64,000 bases of DNA from Candidatus Liptonbacteria bacterium (lineage in GTDB: Bacteria; Patescibacteriota; Minisyncoccia; UBA6257; 2-01-FULL-56-20): NCBI GenBank assembly GCA_023244895.1, contig JAHFLL010000001.1:489802-553801 (forward strand). Reading direction: 5' to 3'. Each line of letters begins with the position of its first letter. Within the stretch, counting starts at the first letter, position 1. Below are positions 20,540 through 29,481 of this stretch, in pieces. A program made the position numbers and the translations under genes. The notes beneath the pieces were generated by a model. The model was not told where the DNA came from and did not search any database. It saw only the letters and a program-made list of their open reading frames with translations.

Positions 20540-20565
20540 TGTAATATCTGGGGGGACGTCTCGGC
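20540..20565 (+). promoter_or_regulatory. Putative ECF promoter type B (TGTAAT-N16-CGGC)
   Basis: One of six copies with identical spacing. Confidence 0.65.
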
Positions 20566-20622
20566 TCTATATCATATGGCAAAGGTCGAACCATCCACAT
20601 CAACAATCAAAAAATAAAAACA

Positions 20623-21243
20623 ATGAAAACAACGAAAAAGTATCTGCTCTTATCTTTAGTGACCGTCCTTACGGTTACGGGCATGAGCATCGGTTCTTTG
20701 GGCTTCGCGCAAACAGTCACGCCTTTGGTCTGTACTTTAGGAGTGTCTTCCGTAAGGGCAAATCAGGCGGAGATTTTAACTGCGACGGGCGGCAACGGAA
20801 CCTATTTCTGGTCTGGTCCGAATCTGAACATTACCAATACAGCTGGCAATCAGTTCGCGGTCAGCTATCCGGATCCCGGTACCTATTTGGTAACAGTTGC
20901 GAGCGCTGGTCAAACAGCAACCTGTAGCGTAATCGTTACGGCGGCGGCATCTACTGGCAGCATCGCCTGTTCCCCGGCAGTGCAAAGCGTCACATTGGGA
21001 CAAACCGTTTCTGTTTCGGCAACGGGAGGTAATAGCGTATATGTCTGGTCTTCTCCGGATTTGACCATCATCAATCCGAATGGCTCGGGCTTTAGCGCTA
21101 ATTACGCGTCCAGCGGACTTAAAACCTTGACCGTCACAAGCGCGGGACTAATGGATACCTGCGCGGTGAATGTCTTGAGCGGTGTCGTTACTCCTCCGGT
21201 TACTCCTGGCTTACCGAGCACGGGCGGTGGTTTCGGTCAATAA
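20623..21243 (+). CDS. Secreted two-repeat Ig/PKD-like protein ending in LPSTG
   Basis: Signal peptide; two repeats C..ATGGN..Y.WS.P.L.I.N..G..F...Y...G....TV.SAG...TC; C-term PGLPSTGGGFGQ. Confidence 0.8.
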   Translation: MKTTKKYLLLSLVTVLTVTGMSIGSLGFAQTVTPLVCTLGVSSVRANQAEILTATGGNGTYFWSGPNLNITNTAGNQFAVSYPDPGTYLVTVASAGQTATCSVIVTAAASTGSIACSPAVQSVTLGQTVSVSATGGNSVYVWSSPDLTIINPNGSGFSANYASSGLKTLTVTSAGLMDTCAVNVLSGVVTPPVTPGLPSTGGGFGQ

Positions 21244-21275
21244 AGAAATAAGCAGGCCGAACGCCTTTAAGTGAT

Positions 21276-21971
21276 ATGAGCGCTAATTCTACAAAAACAT
21301 TTTCCTGGAAAGCGGCGATTCTCTTATCTTTGGGCGTAGGCCTGCTCGTAGCAGGCCTTTCCATTTTCCTGCAAACCAGAAGTCAGACCCGGCAAATCTT
21401 CCCTATAGGAGCAGAAAGCCCCGGGTCTATCGCAGAGGTTGTGGAACCAGTGGCAGAAGATCCAAAGCCCATGGCCGCGATTCCCGCGGCAGTGAGTCTT
21501 GGATCTTCTTTTGATGTCCCTAGTCAGCCGACACGATTACTCATTCCCGCTATCGGGGTGGATGCCAATATTCAGAGCGTAGGACTTTCTTGGAGGAATG
21601 ATGGAACCATGGGCATCCCCACCAACTTCACGGATGTCGCCTGGTATAATTTGGGACCCAGGCCCGGTATGCCGGGTAGCGCCGTGATTGACGGTCACTT
21701 GGATGGCAAGAAAGTTAAAGAGGCCGTCTTTTATAATCTCGGCAATTTGAAACCAGGCGATTCCGTAGGGGTGGTGGATCGGGCGGGTAAGACGGCGCAG
21801 TTCCGGGTTGTGGAAACTAAAATCTACGAACACGATGCCGTAACTACTGATATTTTTTCTAATGATTCCGGGAAGACTAGGCTCAATCTAATAACTTGCA
21901 CAGGAGATTGGATCAAAGACCAAAAAATGTATGACCGAAGAATCGTGGTGTTCACCGAACTTATTAACTAG
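21276..21971 (+). CDS. Class F sortase
   Basis: N-term TM; PTRLLIPAIGVDA, VAWY..GPRPG..GSAVIDGH, LNLITC, YDRR. Confidence 0.92.
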   Translation: MSANSTKTFSWKAAILLSLGVGLLVAGLSIFLQTRSQTRQIFPIGAESPGSIAEVVEPVAEDPKPMAAIPAAVSLGSSFDVPSQPTRLLIPAIGVDANIQSVGLSWRNDGTMGIPTNFTDVAWYNLGPRPGMPGSAVIDGHLDGKKVKEAVFYNLGNLKPGDSVGVVDRAGKTAQFRVVETKIYEHDAVTTDIFSNDSGKTRLNLITCTGDWIKDQKMYDRRIVVFTELIN

Positions 21972-22043
21972 ACGCCTAGCGAATTCAGGTCACGTAAACT
22001 CCCTCAAATATTCAAGGGTAAATATTTTTCCTCTCTACCTCGG

Positions 22044-23891
22044 CTAAACCGTACGCTCTTTTGAAATTACCGCCAGCGCGGTCAAGACGAATAGGAGGAG
22101 ACCCGAGATTACGATAATGTCTCCCGAGAATGTACTATCTTCTGGAAGGAATCCTGCGTCAGGAAGACTGGGGGTGGTCACTAGAACATCAGCGAAGGCG
22201 TAGCCCAGCGCGGTCAAACCATTAGCCTTACCTTCTGCAGTAGCGATATTCCTGGTTGAAGCTGGAACGTTTGTCCGGCAGGTATACGCCCAGATTTCAC
22301 TCGGCTCAAGCAGATTATTACTGTTCAGATCTCCAGAGATACGAGAGACTGGAGCGCACTTGTCGTCCGTTACGACCACATCGTGCAACGCAACTACGCC
22401 CGGATTTATTACGGTATAAGCATAGGTAACATCACCTCCTCCGAATGGGAACGGGGTCAGGCGATCGGGCACCTTTATGATATTAATGAGCGGGGGCGTG
22501 AGTGGTGCGCCGACGACCACCGTTGCGATTGCGGTGGCGATCGTGGCTTGGTTGGCGCCGTCGTCGCTATGCCCAATCGCAATCGCGGTATTGGTGGTAG
22601 TGTTCGCGAGCGTTGCGGCGCAACTGTATTTCCAGTATTCGCCTGGATCAAGCTTGGCGTTGTTGTTAAGGTCGCCGGAAACAAAATTTACCGGAGCGCA
22701 CTTGTCGTCCGTTAGTGTAACATTAGTCAGAGACTGCTGACCTCCAACATTCCAAGCCGTATAGTTGTAAATGACCGAGCCGGGACCCGCAGGCAAGGCT
22801 AATGGCGTAGGAACTTTGACTATCCCAATCAGGGGTATAATCCTGCCGCCTCCGGCACCGATAAGAACTGGCGCCGCCAGAGGAACGAAGGTGTTAACAA
22901 TAGTACAGGTCCTGTTTTCGCCCGCGGCGAGCGTCACGTTCCCGCTTGAGTTACAAGCCCCGCTGAAACTTCGCACATAGGAAGTATTCGCATCTTCGCT
23001 AACCGCGTACGTGCCCGCGGCGAGAGAATAAGAAATTCCAGGCGCCGCGACTCCCGCTGCCGGGCTTCCCGACACCTCCGTACTGGAAGAATTTTTCACG
23101 TGCACGCTGAAACTTGAAGAAATCGCCGCACCGCCACCGCCGTTAACAACCAGCTTAACCACATTAAGAGTAGCGGGTAGTGACCCGCAGGTCGGTACGG
23201 TGATAGTGTTCGTATCAGTAGTGATGGTTCCACCAAACGCCAAAGACCTCCCTGTCCAAGTAGTGTTGGCGCCTACGGTTACCCCCGCGTTACTGATAAC
23301 GGTACCCGCTAATGTGGTGTTGGCGGCAAATGTTGCGGCTTGCGTTGGCGTCCAGAAAACGTCGCAAGCAGACGCTCCCGTGAGAGTAACGGTCGCACCC
23401 GCTGTGGAAGTAAGCGCACCAACTGGCCTGAAGATGTATGTTCCACTCCCGTTTAACGTAAGCGGACCTCCTATGTCCATCGCTCCCGAGCTACAATACA
23501 CTCCGGGCACGTACACGCCAGCAGTGCCATGGGTTATGTCGGTGGAGAGATTAATCGCTCCTCCCCCGAAAGTAAAAGTACATAATTGAGAAGCCAGAGC
23601 AGATAGAGCGCTCCCCTGGTCCGCGCCCGCGATAGCGTACGGAGCACCGGAGCCATAGTTTATATGTGTGCCCAAAGGAGCAACTGCTGGTCCGGTAGTG
23701 AACCCTACTCCTCCATTAATCGTGGTCCCTGCGGTAGTGTTGGTATAGGTACTACCCAGCACGCCATAAGCTGCCGCCGCTCCCAGAGATGGGGTTGTGG
23801 CCGCCAGCGCGGCAATTGGCCCAGCAAAGCCGAGCACGAATACCACGGTTAATATGGCTACTATTATTGTATTTCTACTAGGCTTTTTCAT
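22044..23891 (-). CDS. DUF3494 ice-binding-like surface protein with repeat stalk and LPDAG sorting signal
   Basis: LGAAAAYGVLG, PGVY, GTYIF, ACDVFW, GRSLA; two LTDDKC..GDLN.N..L.P.E.W.Y repeats; LPDAG + TM + KER tail. Confidence 0.85.
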   Translation of the reverse strand: MKKPSRNTIIVAILTVVFVLGFAGPIAALAATTPSLGAAAAYGVLGSTYTNTTAGTTINGGVGFTTGPAVAPLGTHINYGSGAPYAIAGADQGSALSALASQLCTFTFGGGAINLSTDITHGTAGVYVPGVYCSSGAMDIGGPLTLNGSGTYIFRPVGALTSTAGATVTLTGASACDVFWTPTQAATFAANTTLAGTVISNAGVTVGANTTWTGRSLAFGGTITTDTNTITVPTCGSLPATLNVVKLVVNGGGGAAISSSFSVHVKNSSSTEVSGSPAAGVAAPGISYSLAAGTYAVSEDANTSYVRSFSGACNSSGNVTLAAGENRTCTIVNTFVPLAAPVLIGAGGGRIIPLIGIVKVPTPLALPAGPGSVIYNYTAWNVGGQQSLTNVTLTDDKCAPVNFVSGDLNNNAKLDPGEYWKYSCAATLANTTTNTAIAIGHSDDGANQATIATAIATVVVGAPLTPPLINIIKVPDRLTPFPFGGGDVTYAYTVINPGVVALHDVVVTDDKCAPVSRISGDLNSNNLLEPSEIWAYTCRTNVPASTRNIATAEGKANGLTALGYAFADVLVTTPSLPDAGFLPEDSTFSGDIIVISGLLLFVLTALAVISKERTV

Positions 23892-23949
23892 GTGTTTTTA
23901 CCGGCAAGTTAGCTTTAGTTAATTATTTGTAACTAGCCTTTATACAAAC

Positions 23950-23975
23950 GCCGTCTCGGCAGGCGCCTTATTACA
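23950..23975 (-). promoter_or_regulatory. Putative ECF promoter type B (TGTAAT-N16-CGGC)
   Basis: Upstream of the ice-binding-like gene. Confidence 0.65.
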
Positions 23976-24013
23976 ACATGTCTAAGCCTGGAGTATTATC
24001 GCCTACCCTGCTT

Positions 24014-24364
24014 TTATTTTTCGTCAAGTTTTGCCGCCGCCTCCGGAGTTGACACTGTTTTGCTCATAAGAAACAGCCGGACAATCGCGAGGGCAATCAT
24101 CCAATAGACCAGCATCGCAAGCAGGGTGGTCCACTCAAAGATACTGCCCTGCACGACGGTCCTCGGAAACACCGCGAGAAATGGAGCGGTAAAGGGCCAG
24201 GTTAGGGCGTATATGAAGCTGCTAAACCCAGCCGTGGGGTTTGCCCCCGTCAGCTTGAGCACAAAACGGAATACGAGCAATACTTCCAAAAGAGAAACAA
24301 GATACCATACGATCTGAGTGCCTTTAAACAACGGCTTAGTAGTGGGAGAGTTATATGAGTCCAT
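24014..24364 (-). CDS. YggT-family membrane protein
   Basis: RFVLKLTGANP..F..FIY.LT.PF.APF. Confidence 0.8.
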   Translation of the reverse strand: MDSYNSPTTKPLFKGTQIVWYLVSLLEVLLVFRFVLKLTGANPTAGFSSFIYALTWPFTAPFLAVFPRTVVQGSIFEWTTLLAMLVYWMIALAIVRLFLMSKTVSTPEAAAKLDEK

Positions 24365-24408
24365 AGTTTTTAATGTTAATTAGTGTGTTTCCAGAACGAC
24401 TATTTATT

Positions 24409-24657
24409 TTAGCGACGCAATATCCGCAGAATAAAGATGAACACGCACGCTCCTAGGAGTGCGACTAGAAAACTGTAGATATTAAATCCTCCCACCCCGC
24501 TTTCTCCGATGATACTCATCAGCCACCCGCCGATGAAGGCGCCGGCTATACCGACCAGAATATTAAGCAACGCTCCCTGCTCGGCATCCGTCTTCATTAT
24601 TAGAGAGGCTACCCAACCAACTAGAGCACCAAACACTATCCATATAACAATTCCCAT
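24409..24657 (-). CDS. GlsB/YeaQ/YmgE (transglycosylase-associated) stress membrane protein
   Basis: WIVFGALVGWVASLIM...NILVGIAGAFIGG...VALLGA. Confidence 0.92.
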   Translation of the reverse strand: MGIVIWIVFGALVGWVASLIMKTDAEQGALLNILVGIAGAFIGGWLMSIIGESGVGGFNIYSFLVALLGACVFIFILRILRR

Positions 24658-24674
24658 ATTTTTGTAATTAAGTG

Positions 24675-25784
24675 TTATTTTGTTTTGAAGACCATCGGTT
24701 CTCCGCGCACAAGTCCAAGACTATTCTGCGCCACCCCGCGAAAATAGTAGTTAGTTCTCGGAATCAACTCGGACGCTCTTGCATCAACCGATATTACACT
24801 TGATCCTGCCCCAACCGACTTCTGCTCGGTTGAGCGCAATAAGGCAGAACTAAAGATGGAGTCCGGACTGTACTCATACCAGTATCTGGTTTCCGCGCCA
24901 TTTGGATTAACCGTACCCCGCAAGGTAACGGAAGAAGTGCTTATATTAATAGCGCTCCTCGTAATGACGGAGGGTGCAGCTGCCGAGACTGGGCCAGTGG
25001 TTTTGAAGTTAAGTATCATGCCATTCACGGTGCCAAATTGATTTTGGGCGTTGAGGCGAAAATAATACGTGGTATTGGGGTCCAGACTAGCAAGAGATGC
25101 GGACACCGACACCCTGTCCATACCGTTTCCAGCGGAAATAATTGCCGTGGTATTCCCCAGGTCAGCGGTTTTGCCATACTCAAACCAATATTGCGTAGAT
25201 ACTTTATTGGGGGTTACTTCTCCGTTCAGATTGGCAGTAATTCTTGATATTTGATTTGCCGCTAAGGTTTTTACTACCGGAACACTGCCCACTATCGGAG
25301 GATTGCTGGGACTAGTCTGGAAGGAATACTGCGTGCCAACCGTTTGGCCATATTGATTTAGAGCCACCAGGCGGAAATAGTAGGTTGTGTTTTTAGCTAA
25401 TTCCGTAATATAGCCAGGCGCAGAGATTGAGACGAATCCAGACCCAACCGTTTGGCTTTTACCCGATATTTTATTGTTCAGATCAGAAGAAGTACTGTAC
25501 TCATACCAGTAGCTGGTCAAGGCACCATTTGGAGTTACAACGCCACCTAAAACCGCGGCTATGTCAGAAGCGGCAACATTGGCGCTGGTCGTCACTAAGG
25601 GCCTTCCGGGTTGGCGCGCCTGGACTGGAGGTGTGCTGGTTGGACTTACGTCCACCACCACTTCAGTAGTTGATGTGGTGTTGGCGCCAGGAGAAAACCA
25701 GGTCGTATTCTGACTGGCATATACGATAATCCCGCCGATTACCAATAGAACAACTACTCCGACCGCGACCGTAACTTTGTTCAT
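24675..25784 (-). CDS. Membrane-anchored protein with three FN3-like repeats
   Basis: Three repeats of L.G.V.PN...T.YW[YF]EY...T.YYFR..A.N..G. Confidence 0.85.
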   Translation of the reverse strand: MNKVTVAVGVVVLLVIGGIIVYASQNTTWFSPGANTTSTTEVVVDVSPTSTPPVQARQPGRPLVTTSANVAASDIAAVLGGVVTPNGALTSYWYEYSTSSDLNNKISGKSQTVGSGFVSISAPGYITELAKNTTYYFRLVALNQYGQTVGTQYSFQTSPSNPPIVGSVPVVKTLAANQISRITANLNGEVTPNKVSTQYWFEYGKTADLGNTTAIISAGNGMDRVSVSASLASLDPNTTYYFRLNAQNQFGTVNGMILNFKTTGPVSAAAPSVITRSAINISTSSVTLRGTVNPNGAETRYWYEYSPDSIFSSALLRSTEQKSVGAGSSVISVDARASELIPRTNYYFRGVAQNSLGLVRGEPMVFKTK

Positions 25785-25836
25785 AATATTTGTATTAGTT
25801 GGTTAATAAATTTACGCGAACTTTCCAGAAGACGCT

Positions 25837-25862
25837 GCCGTCTCCGCGACAAAGACATTACG
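25837..25862 (-). promoter_or_regulatory. Putative ECF promoter type B (CGTAAT-N16-CGGC)
   Basis: Upstream of the FN3-GlsB-YggT run. Confidence 0.6.
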
Positions 25863-25971
25863 ACTATTCTTCGTTTTTGCCGTATTCGCTCTCCGGCAAG
25901 GCGCTGAGAGCACGACGCAGGATTTGCTGTAGGAATCGTAGTATCGTGATCTTAGCTCTGGCCATTTGGGG

Positions 25972-26553
25972 TTATGGCTTTCCTTTTAGTGCATTAATCT
26001 CCTGTTCTAATTTCCCAATGTGGGCTTCCAGCTTCTGGGTCCGCTCCATAAGCTTGGCTTCCAGTTGATTGGTGTGGCTGGCCAGCGTTTCCGCCACCGC
26101 CATCATTTCCGTAACGTCTTCCATGGCTAAAAGTATGATGGGCGGGAATATTCCGGAGACAATATCGTCTTCGTTATGGATCTGCCGCGCGTTCAAAATC
26201 ATTATTTTGCGTCCAATCAGAGGGAATTCGTGGTCAACTTCAAAACCTTTAAAAAAGGTGTTTTTGGGCAAAATACTCTCCAGTAGCTTGCGTAGGGCAG
26301 GGATATTCCACTGACCGTCTCCGAGTTCATAAACAATCTTGCCCTCGGTATCTTTCGGCCCAACCTGAAACATCTTATAGAAAGACTCATTGCCCGCCAT
26401 CACGCGAAGGTCCTTATCTAAAATCAAAATCGGCTCTCGTACCACGTCCACCACGGTCTTAATATATGTCCAGCTCTTCTCCCAAAGAGGACCCAAAAAA
26501 TCGGCTCCGGTTGTCTTAGTTTTTTGCACAATATCTTCTTTGTTTGTTTCCAT
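25972..26553 (-). CDS. Stand-alone PAS-domain protein with C-terminal coiled coil
   Basis: VREPILILDKDLRV..N.SFY..F...GQWNIPALRKLLE..FEVDHEFP.IGRKIMILNARQI, resembling the PAS of CheB/CheR fusions. Confidence 0.85.
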   Translation of the reverse strand: METNKEDIVQKTKTTGADFLGPLWEKSWTYIKTVVDVVREPILILDKDLRVMAGNESFYKMFQVGPKDTEGKIVYELGDGQWNIPALRKLLESILPKNTFFKGFEVDHEFPLIGRKIMILNARQIHNEDDIVSGIFPPIILLAMEDVTEMMAVAETLASHTNQLEAKLMERTQKLEAHIGKLEQEINALKGKP

Positions 26554-26562
26554 AATAATTAC

Positions 26563-26588
26563 GCCGTTATAGGACTTAAATTGTTACA
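26563..26588 (-). promoter_or_regulatory. Putative ECF promoter type B (TGTAAC-N16-CGGC)
   Basis: CGGC ends 9 nt before the PAS gene ATG. Confidence 0.6.
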
Positions 26589-26640
26589 TAATACATCTCA
26601 TAAATAGGTTCTCTCCTTGGGGTTACCCGCCCTGCTCCCA

Positions 26641-27159
26641 TTACCAGTATTTCCTCATAAATTGCGCGACGATAACTGGTTCTACCCCGCCCTGAACCAA
26701 ATCCCCCGTAATGGTGACTATATCGCCCGCCCGGACGTCTTCTAGGGCCTCTTTCTCGCCCCGGGAGGTTATGAATTCCGTAAACGATTTAGTCTGTATT
26801 CCCCAGGTAAAAGAAATAGAATCCCAAGCCGTAACTACACGCACGATGCCGTTGGAAGAGGACACGACCCGTGCCCCGCGCAAAATGATCAAGCCGTTAT
26901 TCGCAATATTAACACCCAGCGTTGGTTGCTTTGAGAGCGGGGTTACGGGAAGAGTTGCTGCTCGAGTGGTGGAAAAATACGTCGCGCCCGAAGGGAGAGC
27001 TCCCAACGGGGACTCCGTGGAATTACGGACTGAAAATTGAGCGTAGACCTGGTATAGATAAGGACCAAACCAGAAAAGTGCCGTGACCACAACGGCCGTG
27101 ACCAAGAAAACTATTTGCAAATTAACACTTTTCCGTAAAACTTTTTTATCCTTTCGCAT
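26641..27159 (-). CDS. Membrane-anchored hypothetical protein (OB-like C-terminus)
   Basis: Start taken at MRKDKK (27159); one TM; DVRAGDIVTITG. Confidence 0.65.
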   Translation of the reverse strand: MRKDKKVLRKSVNLQIVFLVTAVVVTALFWFGPYLYQVYAQFSVRNSTESPLGALPSGATYFSTTRAATLPVTPLSKQPTLGVNIANNGLIILRGARVVSSSNGIVRVVTAWDSISFTWGIQTKSFTEFITSRGEKEALEDVRAGDIVTITGDLVQGGVEPVIVAQFMRKYW

Positions 27160-27168
27160 ATAACCATA

Positions 27169-27194
27169 GCCGCCCCAGACCCGGAATTGTTTCA
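27169..27194 (-). promoter_or_regulatory. Putative ECF promoter type B (TGAAAC-N16-CGGC)
   Basis: CGGC ends 9 nt before ATG 27159. Confidence 0.6.
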
Positions 27195-27406
27195 TTGGTC
27201 TGAAATAGAGGCCCAAAGCTATGAAAGTTCTAGGACGCTCAAACGGGCTATTAAACGCGTAACGTGCTACACTCAAGAACCAATTACCTACTCCTTAGCG
27301 CGCGACTCTGTAATCTCGGTGCGCTGAAGCACCCCATATCCGGTCGGTCACAAACGCAGGAGAGCCTATATATATCCTCGTTTTTACCGCGCCGTTGTAA
27401 TGCCCG

Positions 27407-27432
27407 TGTAATATTGCACGCAAACGGGCGGC
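27407..27432 (+). promoter_or_regulatory. Putative autoregulatory ECF promoter type B (TGTAAT-N16-CGGC)
   Basis: 29 nt upstream of the ECF2 ATG. Confidence 0.65.
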
Positions 27433-27461
27433 TTAGATACCGAGGACCTTTAAAACTCAAT

Positions 27462-27977
27462 ATGATAACCCCCGAGGAAGAAAAACAACAAAAAGAGGTT
27501 TTGGCCACGGCCTACCAAAGCTACAGCAAGGGGCTTAATTCATACGCCTTTTTCAAAGTTAACAACCAGGGAGTTAGTCAGGAGTTGGTGCAAGATGTTT
27601 TTATGAAAACATGGAGATACCTCCTTAAGGGTGGCAAGGTGGATATAATGAAGGCGTTTCTGTATCACGTCCTCAATGATCTGGTAATAGATGAATATCG
27701 CAAACACAAAACAACTTCGCTCGACCTCCTTTTAGAGAAAGGATTTGAGCCGGGCACGGATGATTCTGGGCGTCTTTTCAAAATTCTAGACGGCAAGGCG
27801 GCACTTTTCTTAATCCAGCGCCTCCCGGAAACATATCAAAAGGTAATGCGCATGAAGTATGTGCAAGATCTTTCGCTTCAGGAGATGTCCCTCATTACCG
27901 GACAATCCAAAAACACCATCGCCGTACAAACGCACCGCGGACTTGAGAAGCTCAAACGGCTATACAAAACTACATAA
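27462..27977 (+). CDS. ECF sigma factor 2
   Basis: ELVQDVFMKTWRYL, AFLYHVLNDLVIDEYRK, LSLQEMSLITGQSKNTIAVQTHRGL; start taken at MITPEE. Confidence 0.92.
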   Translation: MITPEEEKQQKEVLATAYQSYSKGLNSYAFFKVNNQGVSQELVQDVFMKTWRYLLKGGKVDIMKAFLYHVLNDLVIDEYRKHKTTSLDLLLEKGFEPGTDDSGRLFKILDGKAALFLIQRLPETYQKVMRMKYVQDLSLQEMSLITGQSKNTIAVQTHRGLEKLKRLYKTT

Positions 27978-27999
27978 ATGATGGCAGGCTACCACCAAG

Positions 28000-28455
28000 G
28001 TGAATTTTCCAAACCAAGAAGATAGAGGTAGCGAATTTGAAGAAGTTATAGAAAAACTCTCTTCTTTTTCCAGCGCTCGCAAAGAGCTGGTCATAGAATA
28101 TCTCAAAAAGATGCTCTCGGACGATAAGCCCGCCGGGGCAACTCGTCGTAGAACAGCTTCAACCATATCTAGCCTGGAACAATTAGTAACGCGCTATCCC
28201 AACATAGATTTCGCGGGGTTTATCTCCCGAGAAAACGACAAGGAACAATACCAGCTATGGAAATTGATTGACGCGTTTGAAGAAACGTCTAAACAACTTG
28301 GGCCGGGCGCTTTCGAGAAGCTGCGCATTACCCTGATCGTATTTGGCGAGAAAATTACCTATGTAAGCGACGGCACCATTGCCATAAACTACGAGCGGTT
28401 TTCCAAGGGAAACCTGGTAAAACAGCTGGTCGCGATGGCGCAACAGCAGGGCTGA
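28000..28455 (+). CDS. Hypothetical cytoplasmic protein
   Basis: 151-aa ORF 22 nt after ECF2; no family recognised. Confidence 0.6.
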   Translation: MNFPNQEDRGSEFEEVIEKLSSFSSARKELVIEYLKKMLSDDKPAGATRRRTASTISSLEQLVTRYPNIDFAGFISRENDKEQYQLWKLIDAFEETSKQLGPGAFEKLRITLIVFGEKITYVSDGTIAINYERFSKGNLVKQLVAMAQQQG

Positions 28456-28479
28456 TATCCGCCCTAAAACAGAAACAAC

Positions 28480-29451
28480 CTAGCCGGAATAAAGCCGAAC
28501 CATATTCATTAGTTGGATTACGAGGAACGCGGCGTAGAAGCTAAGCAATATTAGGCCTTCTTTTCTGGTGACAACCCATTTGGACGAGGCAAAAAAATAG
28601 AAACAGATAAGACCGGCCATGGTTAGAATGACCGTAAGAATAAACTCACTCGCCTCCACCACAAAACTTCCGTTTACCAGAACCAAAACCCCGAATATCA
28701 GGGTATTGGTCGCGGCCGAACCGATATAGTCCCCAAAGGCTATATCTTTGCGTTTCTTCAGGATTGACTGGGCAGCAACCACCAACTCCGGCACATTGGT
28801 CCCGATAGATAAAAGTATCAAACCGATAATGGAATTTGGCACATGGAGAGCGTTCGCGAAGTACACGGCCTGTTCCACTAAGAAGTGCCCGGCTATAAAA
28901 ATAAAGATCCCGCCCAACAATATTTTTGCTCCATCTCTCCAACCGATATTATTCCCAAGAAGGTCCTTTTCAATTATTTGCACATCCGCCCTAACGGAGT
29001 CTTTTTGGTTTTCAATCAGAAAGAGTAGAACCGCAAATGCCAATATGGAAGACAACCCTTCCAGTCTGGTGACTCTTCCATCAATTACAAATAGGGCAGG
29101 CAGAAGAATGGCCAAGAGAGACAGCTGCAAATTGCGGTGAGATAAGGTGTGACGCAACTGGACGCCTTTTCCGGTTACAGCTAAGAAAGGAATAATAAAA
29201 AGCAGAATCACGAAAGAGGCACCGATTAAGTTACCTACCGAGACCTGAGGCACACCCTCAATCCAGGAGTTGGTCGCAACCGATATCTCGCTGATGGACG
29301 TCAAGAAACCCAATATAAAGAAGGCTATCGCAAAACCACTTTTGTGAAAGTGTTTCGCGACCCGGTCCACGGATTCAATAAGCATGCCCGCGAAAAACCA
29401 GATGACCGCGGAGGAGAATAAAAAAAGAAGAATATGGGCGAGCGTATTCAT
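28480..29451 (-). CDS. Na+/Ca2+ (CaCA family) antiporter
   Basis: Two alpha repeats TSISE..VGNLIGA and GTNVPEL..GDYIGS; about 10 TMs. Confidence 0.88.
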   Translation of the reverse strand: MNTLAHILLFLFSSAVIWFFAGMLIESVDRVAKHFHKSGFAIAFFILGFLTSISEISVATNSWIEGVPQVSVGNLIGASFVILLFIIPFLAVTGKGVQLRHTLSHRNLQLSLLAILLPALFVIDGRVTRLEGLSSILAFAVLLFLIENQKDSVRADVQIIEKDLLGNNIGWRDGAKILLGGIFIFIAGHFLVEQAVYFANALHVPNSIIGLILLSIGTNVPELVVAAQSILKKRKDIAFGDYIGSAATNTLIFGVLVLVNGSFVVEASEFILTVILTMAGLICFYFFASSKWVVTRKEGLILLSFYAAFLVIQLMNMVRLYSG

Positions 29452-29481
29452 GCTTTGATTATACCAGGAAACATGGAAGGG

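Noticed and set aside
25864-25965. 33-aa minus-strand ORF MARAKITILRFLQQ...
   Set aside because: Plausible position but no recognisable motif or RBS; cannot be supported from sequence alone.
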